NCBI GenBank assembly: GCA_964016885.1
Contig: OZ024741.1
Span: 101,308,001-101,372,000, forward strand
Length of the DNA: 64,000 nucleotides
Source: Eledone cirrhosa
Taxonomy: Eukaryota
Direction: 5' to 3'
The notes beneath the pieces were generated by a model, which worked only from the letters and a program-made list of their open reading frames with translations, was not told the DNA's origin and ran no database searches. Shown here piece after piece: positions 11,920-24,400 of this stretch; the first letter of the stretch is position 1; each line of letters opens with the position of its first letter. A program made the translations under genes and the position numbers.

Positions 11920-13698
11920 CCCTTTCATTACCTTATGTTCAATGAAAGAAACTGACTAAAATTTTTCAAATTATTTTGAAAATAATTCAGAATTTGAAGG
12001 GATTTTCTAATATAATTTTCTAAATATTTATTTGGTGTTGGGTGAAGAAGTGCCAAGAAATCCCAGTGGAAGGAAGCTGCAGCAAAGGAAAACCTGGGTG
12101 AAAGTGTTGAGAACTGATCTAAAATGGCTGAAGTTTATGATAGAGATGACAAAGGATCATGATGAGTGGAGAGATGCTGTGCTGAAAAGGACCCATCTAG
12201 TCCATGCAAGCATGGAAAATCAGATGATAATGATGATGATGTTTAGAGCACAACTAAAAATTATCATGAAAAGTTTTTAGATAAATATAAACACTTTATA
12301 ACCCTTTAGCATTTAAACCAGCCGTATCCAACCAGAATTCTCTCACCTCTTTCTGTTCAAACCGGCTGCTCATACTGATGTTAAGGTATTGTTCTCAAAA
12401 TATCATAGATTCAAGCACAGCTCCCATGACTTTCGTAGACATTTTTTCACGCTCCGAGTTGCTGAAGCATGGAACAAACTGCCTGCGTCAGTTGTTAGCT
12501 GCCGAGACACTGCATCCTTTAAGACACTCATGCTTCCCGAAATACGTCAAAACTACACCTGATGTACCCCTTCCATACACATGCACACGTGTGTATCATG
12601 ACTCGTGCACTGTTCATTTTCCTGATGTTTGTGCATTGCCCTATGTACTGTACATGCACTTTTTGATGAGTTGTGGTGCACCTGGGCACTGTACACAATA
12701 TTTCATTATTATTATTATTATTATATCATGACTCATACACTGTTCATTTTCCTGACATTTGTACATTATTCTATGTACTATACATGCACCTTAGCACTGT
12801 ACACAATGGATCTCAGACTGGCAACTCAAGCTAGCTGTGGACAAGTGCACCACCATGCATTTTGGGAGTAAAAACCCAGCGTCCACATACTCCCTCCACA
12901 GCACTAATATCAAGAAGTCTTCCTGTGAACGTGACCTGGGCATTACGGTCAGCAGCGATTTGCGTTGGACGAGGCACGTCTCTAAAATTGTCAAGAGGGC
13001 CGAGGGTGTCTTAGCATCACTCAGCAAGACCTTTGTCAGCCGCTCTCCAGATATCTATTTAAGGCTGTATACAGCTATGGTGCGACCGACCACACTTAGA
13101 ATTTGCATCACCAGTCTGGAACCCCTATCTTGCTCAGGACATTGACCGCCTGGAAACTGTTCAGAGACGTACAACCAAGCGAATACTCTCCATCAGGCAT
13201 CTACCATACTCTGAGTGCCTTGCTTCCCTGGGCATGGATTCATTGAAGCTCCGACGCCTGGCAACTGACTTGGTAAACACCCACAAAATTGTTAACCATG
13301 TTGCCAACAACAACCCTGAGTACCTTTTTGATTTCCATGTGTCTAACACACGTGGACATGCCCAAAGTAAGAAAACAGCACAGTTCCCATGACTTTCGGA
13401 AACATTTTTTCACGCTCAGAGTTGCTGAAGCATGGAACAAACTACCTGCATCAGTTGTTAGCTGTCGAGACACTGCATCCTTTAAGGCCTCCATGCTTCC
13501 CGAGATCCGCCAACACTACAGCTAACACATACACACATGTACTTCCCTGACATTTGTGTATTATTCTATGTACTATATTGACGAGTTGTAGTGCACCTGA
13601 GCACTTTACACAATAATTTCATTATTATTATTATTTATAAAGCCATTACTGTTGTATCATAGAACTGGTTTTGGGCAGTTTAGTCTCAAAAGAGTTAA
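11920..13698. mobile_element. piggyBac-like MITE relic interrupted by nested insertions (RTE 3' fragment, MITE fragment, CR1 copies)
   Basis: Starts ttaa|ccctttc at ~11920 and ends aaagag|ttaa at ~13698. The interior resembles the MITE relics at ~10938-11168 and ~6757-6920. 12301-12415 matches the MITE at 56469. Confidence 0.45.
12412..13635 (+). mobile_element. CR1/L2-group LINE 3' fragments in tandem (short copy ~12412-12722, longer copy ~12805-13635)
   Basis: Translation ERDLGITVSSDLRWTRHV..IVKRA...YTAMVRP.LEFASPVWNPY...LETVQRRTTKRI and FFTLRVAEAWNKLP; both copies end in (ATT)n tails; frameshifted. Confidence 0.88.
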
Positions 13699-13733
13699 AA
13701 TAAATTGACAGACTGAATGAAAACTTCCTTTAC

Positions 13734-13904
13734 CTCAACTTTACGTTCTTTTGCTTTACGGTGTTGTTTCTTAGTTTTAGCCTTTGGACGTTTTGTAACT
13801 GTTTCATGTTCCTCTGTTGTTTCTTCCTCTTTCTCTTTGTTTAACTTTTCTTTCTCTCCTTCTTCTTCCTGAAGACCAGCTGACATCTCTTTTATCCAAG
13901 ATTC
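13734..13904 (-). CDS. NOP53: NOP53 exon 8 ESWIKEMSAGLQEEE...KAKTKKQHRKAKERKVE
   Basis: 57 codons, phase 0/0, acidic then basic tract as in NOP53; AG/GT boundaries. Confidence 0.92.
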
Positions 13905-15530
13905 CTTTAGAACAAACACAGAACAAAAGTAAATAAATAAACATTTCCAAACAAATGCATTGTTTGTTTGACCAGTTGACAACTGTACAAGTCTGGCAGT
14001 CACAGGAATAATGGTTCATACTTTAACATGAGTATTGATCAAAATAATCATTGATAAAAATAGTTGTTGCTGCTACATATCATAACTGTATAAGTTTAAC
14101 CAGCCTCCTATAAAGTTATATGTGACAGGAGGATTCTTAAGTGTTTTAATGATAGGGAACTTATAATGATTCAGTCCACTAAGCTACAGATATAGCCTAA
14201 AACTATATAATGAATAGGTATCTACCATATGTACTCATAGTTAAGTCGGTCTTTTACTCAGAAAACCAGATATGATAAAATACATGCACACAGATAAATG
14301 TTTAAGTATGCAGGGCAAGTTGGTCGTGTCAATGTTCACTCTATACAAATATCGATGTTGCAAATATATAATTGATGATGTCTTGCACAAAAACAAAAGT
14401 GACTTCCATGTGTGTGAAACATAAATGTATAGTTTCCTATAAACCAACTATAATCCTAATGCTCATTAATCCCATTAGATGCCACATATATTGTCAGTCA
14501 ATTGGAAGTAGCAGTTTAAAAGTACCAGTTGATCAGTTCATTTCAGGAACAAAAGCACATTGCTATATTGGGATCATTTTAGTTAAATGTTTTCTTATAA
14601 ATTAAACACAACCGCAAATAAAAATTGCAAATAGATTTATGGAAAGCAAGATGGGCAAAAGTGAAACCAAAATATGCTATTCATGAAAATGCTCTGTGAT
14701 TTATCTACCACTATGAATTGAGGTCAGCCTCATGCTAAGTTTCTGAAGCAGTTTGTAAAGACACGAATCTTAGAAAGAATAAAGTCATGCTGGATAGAGA
14801 CAAGTGGGAAGGATAATTATCAATGTTGTCCAAGGAAACTCAACATGATGAATTACATACAAAGTAATTAACTTACAATGCCAAATTCAAAACCCACTAT
14901 AAAGAGCCCACCGTGTATCACCTTGAGAAAATTCTACCTGTCTTGGGTCACCGCAAGCCTTGTAAATGAAACTAGGTGAACTGTTCTTGTTTTTGGTTAG
15001 TAGACTTAATGCCTCCCTGTTTACACCACCACCTGAGATAGATATAATCTGTCTCCCTGTTTAACACCACCGCTACAGAGTATAATTTGTATATAGATCT
15101 CTGGTTTGAGGATGACTGAAAATCATGAAGTGCTGCTTCATACTGCAGCTTACCATCATGTGGTTTCTTCTTTTCCCCACCCTCTACATACTAGTCTTGT
15201 GATTCCTGAAAAATGTCATGGGTGTTACATTTCTCTCCCTCTACCAATAAACCACTATAAGGTCGATGAGTCAGCTTTGGGTTATAGACATTACATTCTA
15301 CAATATTTTCACAACCAACAAAGACAAACTTTTTGTAAATGTCAAAAATTCACAGCCACTTATTTAAAGCGATGCAAACTACATTCCCCATCACCAAAGC
15401 ACGCCCTCTTATATTTATTCACAAAAAAGAAAAAAAAAAAACCCACTGAAAATCTGTCTTTGTACTGAGAGACACTAGATTTAAAAACAGAGAGAATAAG
15501 TGAACAAAGAAGCTATAGTTGAAAACTTAC

Positions 15531-15641
15531 CGCAGTCGGTGCCTCTGCTGCTGTTGGGAACATAGCATCCAGAGCTCTTGTCAACTTATTCTGCATTTTA
15601 ATATATCGTGTTTCTTCTTTAGTAGCAAGTTGTAGAAGCTC
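15531..15641 (-). CDS. NOP53: NOP53 exon 7 ELLQLATKEETRYIKMQNKLTRALDAMFPTAAEAPTA
   Basis: 37 codons, phase 0/0; tttgtag acceptor and gtaagt donor. Confidence 0.92.
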
Positions 15642-16249
15642 CTACAAACCAGAAAATATTGGACAATGTTTAACGAAAAACAAGATGTAAATCTTTATAG
15701 CTTTTATCAATTTTTGTTTACGTGTCTGTTTGATAAAGGCTAACTCAAAAATACGCTCACACTTAACTATTTGTAATGACATTTTTTTCTTCATGGCTGA
15801 AAAAAATCAGTAACATATAGGTACAATATAGTGTTTGATTCATGATAAGGTCTTGAGTTAACTTAGTGGCAGTGCATTAATTCCTTGAGGAAGACGCTTC
15901 ATTTCACACAGCTCCAATTCACTCATCATCATCATCGTTTTTACATCGACTTATCCATAGTAGCACGAGTTGGACGGGATTTTCTGAGGCAATGTTTTAC
16001 AGCCAGATGCCCTGCCTGCCACCATCCCATTTTGTCACTCCATATGACACCCATATCTATTCTAAACTGGACACATATGGTGAAGAAAATGAGTACCAGA
16101 AGCTAGAGGTTAACCCCTGCAATGTACTGGCGTCTAACCCCTGATAGGACTGGTAAATTTCTTATGAGATGCAACTACACAGGAGGCCAGCTAAGCATAA
16201 ACAGAACTGTAAACATATATAACCTATGAAACTACTGGAAATTTTAGCA

Positions 16250-17300
16250 GCACTCTTAACTGTGGCAATATGGCCAGGTTTGGAATTTCTTCTCTAGTTC
16301 CACCATAGACTCAGCTATGAGTGTAAGATTATCTGTGTACAGGAATTCTCATGGGCAGCCAGTCTTAAACTCCTGTTATAGCCTGCAATACGATAACAAA
16401 CAGGAGAGGGCTAAGAACAGAGCCCTGGTGGACACCAACCTGCATGCTAAATTCCTCGTTATAGTCGTTGTTAATCCTAACTTTGCTGACTGCACCCCTA
16501 TATATGGGTTGTACAGTCTTCACAAGCCACTCATCTACTCCTAGTTTTCTAAGAGCCCACTAGATTATGGCACGGGGCACTCTGTCAAAAGCTTTCTCCA
16601 GATCAACAAATGGCAGGTAGAGCAGCTTACATTAGCTAGGTACTTTTCCTGTAGCTGCTTCACCAGGAAGAGAGCACCTGTGGGGCTTTTATCTGGTACA
16701 AATCCAAACTGCATCTCATCTAGATTTATCCGGTCCCTAATCAGCTGTGCTACAACACTTTCTGTTACTTTCATGACATGGTCCATCAACTTGTAAAACC
16801 TATCTTTCAGTTTGACAACCCCGACTGGGGTGTGTATGCATATATAATTGTAGTCATTGTTCTCTTTAGGACTAGTCCGAGTTTAATGATTCTCGCGTTC
16901 ACTCTGTTTATGGAGATTACCTTATCTACCCCTTTGTCAGCTAATAAGATACCTACTCTCTTTAGCCCATTATCATTTTCCACCCAGAATAGTTTGCAGC
17001 ACTGTTCTTTGCCTAAAAGGAGTCTAGCTAACTCTTCCCTCCATCTACTCTCTTTCACACAGCATACATTCTCTTCCACTCTAGCATATCTACAATTTCG
17101 CCTGTTCTTTTCATAGTGCTCACATTGATGGTGTTAATTTGGAAGTTTGGGTATTTGCGGTCAGTGGTAAAGGAGGAAGATAGGGGTGGGCGTATGCTTT
17201 CTGTATCTGAAATAAAGAAGGTTCGCATGGTCGCCTGGAAATGCGTTGATTCATATTTATATTTAGGGTTGCTCCATCATTTCAGCCCGTCCATAATAAA
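16250..17300 (-). mobile_element. RTE-clade LINE relic with a large internal deletion (APE N-terminus joined to RT)
   Basis: APE-like KLFWVENDNGL..VGILLA...YAYTPQSGL abuts RT-like MDHVMKVTE...LDEMQFGFVP...KQLQEKYL; similar to the element at 61960-64000. Confidence 0.88.
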
Positions 17301-17659
17301 CAAAAATCTCCAAGAAGAACAGAAAAGATAGTAGCAGTTATTGCCACAGATACTGAATGAAGATATCTTTGTATTGCTGTGGTTTGATTGGCCTGAGAGG
17401 CTAAGGTGGTGTGCAGGGGTGGATGGGAGAGAAATGGCGAGGTAAGTGAATGTTACGGCTGACTAGCGCCATCCGTTGTTTATAGAAAGCATGAAACAGA
17501 AACATGAAATAGGATACAACCGTTGTTTATAGTAAGCTGTGTAAGTACTTGTTGATAGGAGAGAAAAGAAATTTGTGAGTTAGTAAGTTACAAACAGGCT
17601 TTGAATGATTTTGGAGAAGTCTACATATGTGATGGAGTCAAGCAATATGTTCTACCAAT

Positions 17660-17925
17660 ATACATAATTGTGGTCACATGTAACAACATCCTTAATTGTG
17701 GTCATATGGTCAATTGGTGGGACTACTGTGATCACATGTAAACAACCTTAACTATGGTTATATGGTCAATTAGTGGGAGTACTGTGGTCACATATTAACC
17801 CCTTTAACTGTGATTATATGGTCAGTTAGTGGGACTATTGTGTTCATATGTATCAACACCCTTAACTGTTATTACATCTACCAAACCCATAATTGTTGTT
17901 AATGTGACTACTGTGGTCACATGGT
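17660..17925. repeat. Degenerate minisatellite (tgtggtcacatg / tgtggtcatatggtcaattagtgggactac units)
   Basis: Visible tandem recurrence of ~25-55-bp units. Confidence 0.7.
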
Positions 17926-18081
17926 CAATAAATGTCAAGATAATTCTGACAAAAAACTGGTAACAGAACAAAATCAAATTAATAAAAACTGACCATGTCA
18001 CACTAATGACACCAACAAGTGTCAAACTAATTAACTACACAACAACAATAATCAGTATAGTATAACAATGTTAAAACTTAC

Positions 18082-18177
18082 CTGGTGATCATCAAAAGCT
18101 GGATTGTAAGAAGCTCCAGCATGGGGCAGCTCAATAGCAGGTAACTCAGAACGTTTCTTTAAATACAATTGAGGTGT
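18082..18177 (-). CDS. NOP53: NOP53 exon 6 TPQLYLKKRSELPAIELPHAGASYNPAFDDHQ
   Basis: Diagnostic NOP53 motif GASYNP.F.DHQ; canonical splice sites. Confidence 0.96.
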
Positions 18178-19777
18178 CTGAGAAATAAGAAAATAAATTT
18201 TATATTTATATACATACATACATCATCATCATTTTTACATCCGCTTTTCCTCACTCGCATGGGTTGGACGGGTCCTTTTCAGCACGGCAACTCTCCACAC
18301 ATCGCGATCCATTGTCATCGCCTCTGTGATTTAAGGTCCGCTCTCACAACCTCTGCTTAAGTCTTTCTTGGTCTACCTCTACCATGAATTCCTTCCACTG
18401 GCATTTCCTGGTACTTCTTTAACCAACAATCATTGTCCATGCACATCACATATCCAAATCAATGCAGTGTTCTCTCCTGCACACCACCTTGAATTCTTTT
18501 CAAACCCAGCTTCTCCTTCAACACGTCCAAGCTCTGCCTCTCTCTTAAAATTACATTGCACATCCAATGGAGCATGGTTGCTTCGTTTCTCTCTTTGTTT
18601 CACTACCATCATACAGTAATCCTTTGTACATAGGGAGTAGCTCTCTGAACTGTAAGGGGGTTGGCGTTAGGAAGGGCATCCAGCCACAGTAAACCAAACC
18701 CAAAATGGAGCGTATGAGCAAGACATAGTCACCTGACCAGTTAGTCCTCATAAAGTGACAACCTGTCTAACCCATGCAAGCATGGAAAATAGACATTAAA
18801 CAGTGATTATAACGATATAGATTGTGAAAAATGTAGATAGTTTCTGAGAGAGATTGAAACTTGAATCAAGCTGTTTATTTTTTTCAGTCTATGGAGAAAC
18901 ATGTAAATAAATTATGTTTACATGCTTAAATAAACAAAAGGTGTTTACACACACAATTGTTGCAGATTCAGTTAAATACCTGTACTGTTCATTGAGATAT
19001 GAATTTATAATATCATCACCATCATCATTCAATGCCTGTTTTCCATGCTAAAAAGTGTTGAATGGGTCTTCACAAACTGAGTCAGTATTCAAGCAGAGTT
19101 ACTGACCTCTAAGGAGCTTGGAGTCTGCATCTCTCTTACAACCAATCCAGCAATCTAGTGAGTGCATTTTGTCTTGACAATAGCCTTCCCAACCTTTGGT
19201 AGACAGTGTTTAGCATGTAAATTACCAACATTGGGAAGGTTGTCATGTCGCTGACACTGAATAGTCCATTCTAACTTTTTTTGGTGTGGTTTCTACAGTA
19301 GGAGGCCTTCCTATCGCCAACCACCTTATAAAGTGTACTGGGTGCATTTTTGTGGCACCAGCAGTAGAGAAGTTGTCAATTATTGTCTCAACAGAAGAGC
19401 CCTCACTCTCCTACAAGGGGTGGAGAACATGAGAGAGAGAGAGAGAGAATAAGTGTGATGTTATGGATGCCTGGCAAGTGTGGTGAAATTTGACAGTGAT
19501 GACTAGGAGTGCCACAATAAAATGCACTCGGTACACCCTGAAAAAACACCCATTATGCTCTGTAAAGTGGTGGTTGTTGTGCTATGAAAAAAATGTATCC
19601 AGCACACTCTGAAAGGTGATTGGTATTAAGAAGGGCATCCAACCATAAAAACCATCTGAAAAGAAGGTGACTTCAACTTGAGACAACACATCCAACCCAT
19701 GCCAGCATGGAAAATAAATGTAAAATAATAATGAGTAATTATGATGATGAAATCAATAAACATAGGAGTTTTCCTAC

Positions 19778-19854
19778 CTTTACTCTAATATTGTTGGTAT
19801 ACTCTAAATAATAGGGATCTGCCTTTTCTTCTTCATCTACATCTTTCTTACTAT
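19778..19854 (-). CDS. NOP53: NOP53 exon 5 (D)SKKDVDEEEKADPYYLEYTNNIRVK
   Basis: Phase 1/0; ttttcag acceptor and gtagga donor; parallels human DEFFLEQTKKKGVK. Confidence 0.9.
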
Positions 19855-20192
19855 CTGAAAATTAAACAACCATGAGAGAAAATATATTAGTAATTACAGC
19901 GCTGAATTGGCAGAGTCAATAGAACATTGAGTAGTATAGCATTTGTTCCAGTGATTTGTACCCTGATTTCAAATTTCACTGAGGTCAATTTTGCTCATCA
20001 TTCTTTTGGGATTGATAAAATAAAGCACCAATCCATAATGGTAGATTAGCAGAATTCTTAGAACCAATCTAACATCCAAAGGAAACATTATCATAAGTGG
20101 CTGAGAACAAGAGACATTTAAAATGACAAAAAACAACAGTGCCCATAGACACAGACATAAACAGATAGAGAAAAAAAATGTAATCATCTAAC

Positions 20193-20368
20193 CATTCCAC
20201 AGATCGTAATCAATAATTCTTTCTGAAAAATATTTTGCTTTCTTCTCATTATAGACTTTAATAGCTGTTATACGGTCTTTGATGGTCTTTTCTTCCTTCT
20301 TGCTGAGTTCTCCCTTGAGTAAACGTTCCAGTTGGAAATCTGACACTTTTTTCACAACTCGGTTGGGT
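20193..20368 (-). CDS. NOP53: NOP53 exon 4 (K)PNRVVKKVSDFQLERLLKGELSKK...IIDYDLWN
   Basis: YDLW motif as in NOP53; phase 2/1 consistent with its neighbours. Confidence 0.9.
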
Positions 20369-20789
20369 CTGTAAGAAAAACCAAAACAAAACCAAAACAC
20401 AAATATTAAATAAATTTCATAGTTGCAAATAAATTGAATGCATAACCCCATGAGATGGAAACAAATGGATAATGGCAAATTATCCACCTTTTTCTACCTC
20501 AAGGGTTACACCTTCAATTTAATTGTAACTATTTTAAAGTGATAATTCATGTCATGATTCTTTGCTTGATAGCAAAAGCACTTTGAAATTTCAATCTCTC
20601 ACATACATCATGGATTTTCTATTGTATTAATTTATGGATAACATAGGTGCAGGCATGGATGTGTGATTTAGAGATTTCCTTCCCACTGACAAACTGTATG
20701 GCACTTTGAACAAATGTCTCCTACTATAGTTGTGGGTTAAACAAAACAGAAAATGTAAGGAAGCCAGTTTTGTCTATCTATGTATATAT

Positions 20790-21180
20790 ACAGAGGTTGC
20801 TGACAGCTTTTGTAGCCTAGTTGACCTAATCAGCAATGGGGGAGGATGTTTTAAAAACTTGGTAATGAGGGTAAGAACAGGCTGGAAGAAGTTGAGAGAA
20901 CTAGAACCTCAGTTGACAACAAAGGGCTTTTCTCTCAGAGTGAAGAGTAGATTGTATGATGCTTGCTTGTGAACTGCAAAGTTACATGGCAGTAAAACAT
21001 GGGCTTTAACTGCAGAAGATCTATGAAGCAAGAATGCTCTGATGGGTGTATAATGTTAGTGTGCATGAACGACATAACATAAGCAAGTTGAGAGAAAAAC
21101 ATGGCATAAGAGGAATTGGATGCAGTGCGTTGGGATGGATATGTGATGCATATAAAATGACAGCTGTATAAAGTGTCCCT
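20790..21180 (+). mobile_element. RTE LINE 3' fragment (similar fragments at ~10190-10560 -, ~12040-12242 +, ~18215-18620 -, ~23520-23830 +)
   Basis: Translation RVRTGWKKLREL.PQLTTKGFSLRVKSRLYDAC; related fragments end in (GAT)n/(CAT)n tails. Confidence 0.75.
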
Positions 21181-22369
21181 CACCATCCACTATTACTCTT
21201 TAGTAGCTATTCTCACCATCACTGTACAACCACACCCCTATTTCACCCAGGATCACCTTCACACCCTGTAAATCCTAACAACCACATTACTGAGGACCAC
21301 CCCAGCTCTAAATTTCTAACATACTAGTCATAAACCCTGCTTCTCAGTACCTCTCATCATACCCCACCAGCATGGAGAGGGTTCTTCAGTTGAGTCAATG
21401 ACCAAAACCTAGTGTTGGAGCCATGAGAAATGCACCTATTACAGCCTGTAAGGTGGCTGGCAAAAGGAAGAGCAACATGCTGAAGAAACCATGTCAAAAA
21501 GGATAAGGGGACTCTTCAATTGTGTCAAGGGCACAATAACCTCTCTAGTGGTGGTGGTGATCTATATAACAAATGCACCCAGTACACTTTGGAAAGTGGT
21601 TGATGAAAGGAAGAGCATCTAGCTGTAGAAAACATGCCAAACAAAATATCAGGAGGACGCTTCAGCTGTACCAAAGATATGAAAACGTCCATAGGGCTGG
21701 TGCCACAATAAAATGCACTTGGTAAGCATGGGAAAGTTTGTGAGATGCAGGCCCCTGGCCTACCTGGAGGGTAGTGGCTTCATTTGAGTATACATATACC
21801 TTTGGTTAAGCTACCATGCTTCTATCTCGTCCATTCCAGTTGAAGTACATAGGTTTGTAGTATATTTTTGTCATTATTTATGTAAAGGCTAACTTGTCCT
21901 GTGTATCCTTGTTTTGTTGTGCACCAAAGCTACAGTGATTTCCAAAGGTTGACTGAAGAGAAGGGACTGTTTGCTGTTTGTTTTTTTCCGTTATCTATCC
22001 CCCCCCCCCGCCCCCAATTTATATCCAATATTCTTAGCCATGTGGCCCTTTTTTTTACACCTATCAAAATATAGATTTTACACCACCTGATATCTATCTT
22101 CCTTTTCACTGCATCCCTGTCATTCCTCTTTGTCTTCATACATACGACTGTCGTCCAAATATATTTTCTATTCTTTTCCTTTCTAATTTTTTCTCTTTTT
22201 GGCTAACTACGGTGCACAGCATTTCTATCTTTTCCCTTTCATTGTGTAATTTGCATTGGAATAAATACTATCAACCTTAATCCATCAAAACTAGTGATTT
22301 CCAAAGGAACCTCTAGAAACCACTATAGTTTTGATGTGCCTCCCGTTTTTTGTACCTCTCCTTTTTTAT

Positions 22370-22447
<78 letters not shown>

Positions 22448-23293
22448 CATTTTTATCAAGTTTTAAGGCCTTAAATACTTATTCTTTCCCTTCCAATTCA
22501 CATGCTAGCATGTGTCAGACAAGTTGTCCTGTTGTGAGAAATGCCAGGTCAGGTAACCATGTCTTGTTTATACAGAACTGATTTTGGCTTGGTTTCTACA
22601 GCTGGATGCCCTTCCTAATATCAACCACATTTACAAGTACTAGGTGCTTTTTGTTGTGACACTTACACAACTACTTTACAGGGTGAACTGGACGCTTTTT
22701 ATCCTCTTCCTCATCATCATTTAATGCCTGTTTTCCTTGTTAGAAAGTGTTAGACATGTGACCCAGACCAGTCAGTACTCAAAAGGAGCCTCTTACCACT
22801 AGATGGGCCAAAAGGCCCAAAATATAATTCTGAGCTCTACTCAGTGCATTTTATTGTGTCACCAACACAAGGGACGATGTCAAAGTACCAGTCCATGATA
22901 ATGGATTGGTAGGATTCTTAGAATCCAATCCATCATCCAAAAGAAGCATTATCACACACACACGCACGTGTGTGTACATGCTTGTTTTCCCCCTCCTGCC
23001 ATTTCAAGCTCATGAGAACCTCTCAAGTGGTGGTGTTACAATAAAATGTACCCAGTAAACCCATTCAAGTAAGTGATTGGCATTAGGAAGGACATCCAGC
23101 CATTGAAACCATGCAAAAGACAGTAGTTCTGATTAAATACTGACTTTGTCTTTAACCACCCCACCAACCTAAGTCAGTGTGGAAAAATGTAAGGAAAATG
23201 ATGATGCTCTCAGTTGAAGATGACCATCAAGACCTATTGAATGTCTGTAAAATATTACAAGTGGAGAGTGCAAATCTAATTAAATTCACTTAC

Positions 23294-23384
23294 TTTATTG
23301 GACATGCAATTTTGCCCTTTCGGTACAATTGTGAATGACATTTTAAAGGTTGGTCCGTTTGCCTTCGGCGTCGTCTTTCAGCAG
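23294..23384 (-). CDS. NOP53: NOP53 exon 3 (T)AERRRRRQTDQPLKCHSQLYRKGKIACPI(K)
   Basis: Phase 1/2; tcttcag acceptor and gtaagt donor; PL...L....K...P pattern. Confidence 0.88.
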
Positions 23385-23969
23385 CTGAAGATAAAAAAGG
23401 ACAGTAATGATGCCAATATTAATAGACCACTCCAAATTACGTCACAATATTTAAAATATCTATTTAGACACACATACGAGCCCGTACACATACACACAAA
23501 TATATGATATGTGCATACAAACAGCAATGCTACAACAAAGTGAGATTTGAAGATAAACTGGGCATGAGAGGGGTCAAATGCAGTGTGCAAGAGAGGCGAT
23601 TGCAATGGTATGGAGATGTGATGTGTATAGATGACAGTTGTATAAAAATGTGCAGGGTGCTCAAACTTGATGGAAACTATGGAAGGAGACTTAGAAAAGT
23701 TTAGGATACAGTAATGAAAGCTGACCTCACACAAACCTCTCATTGTTGACATAGGATTGAGATCTCTGGTGATATGCTGTACTGCAGAAAACACACTTTC
23801 CCACATGCACAGGATGAAACTATTAAGTACTCACCAACTAAGTATCACACCTTCCCCATCCCCATCAAATATACTTGCACCCTCCAACCCATGCTTTCTA
23901 CACCCCTGATATACTTCTCCTGTTCAACCCATACATGGAAATGCTCCACACCTGCTCTCCCACAGGGGT

Positions 23970-24400
23970 GCTGCCATGACAAAAAGCACAAAATCCACTC
24001 TGTAAAGTGATCGTGCTGGTAACACGACAGAAAGAGCCCACTCCACCCTGTAAGATGGTCATGCTGGTAACAACAAAAAGCACCCAGCCTACCCTGTAAG
24101 GCAGTCATTTTGGTGCCACAACAAAAGCACCCAGTCCACTCTGTAAGGTGGTCATGCCGGAAACACGACAAAAAGTGCCACGTCCGCCCTGTAAAGTGGT
24201 CGTGCTGGTAACATGACAAAAAGCGCTCAGCTCACCCCTCATGTGGTCATGCCGGGACTACAAAGAAAAGTCTACCCTTTAATGCGGCTGGAGTTAGGAA
24301 GGGCAACCAGCTGTAGAAACAAACCAAAAAGAGAACTGTACAAGCAAAACAACTTGCCTAACTCATGTAAGCATAGAAAACAAGTTAAATGATAATGATC
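23970..24400 (+). repeat. ~39-bp minisatellite array inside an RTE-tailed SINE-like repeat
   Basis: Units acaaaaagcacccagtccactctgtaaggtggtcatgctggtaac, followed by the conserved aggaagggcaaccagctgtagaaac block and a (GAT)n-like tail. Confidence 0.75.
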
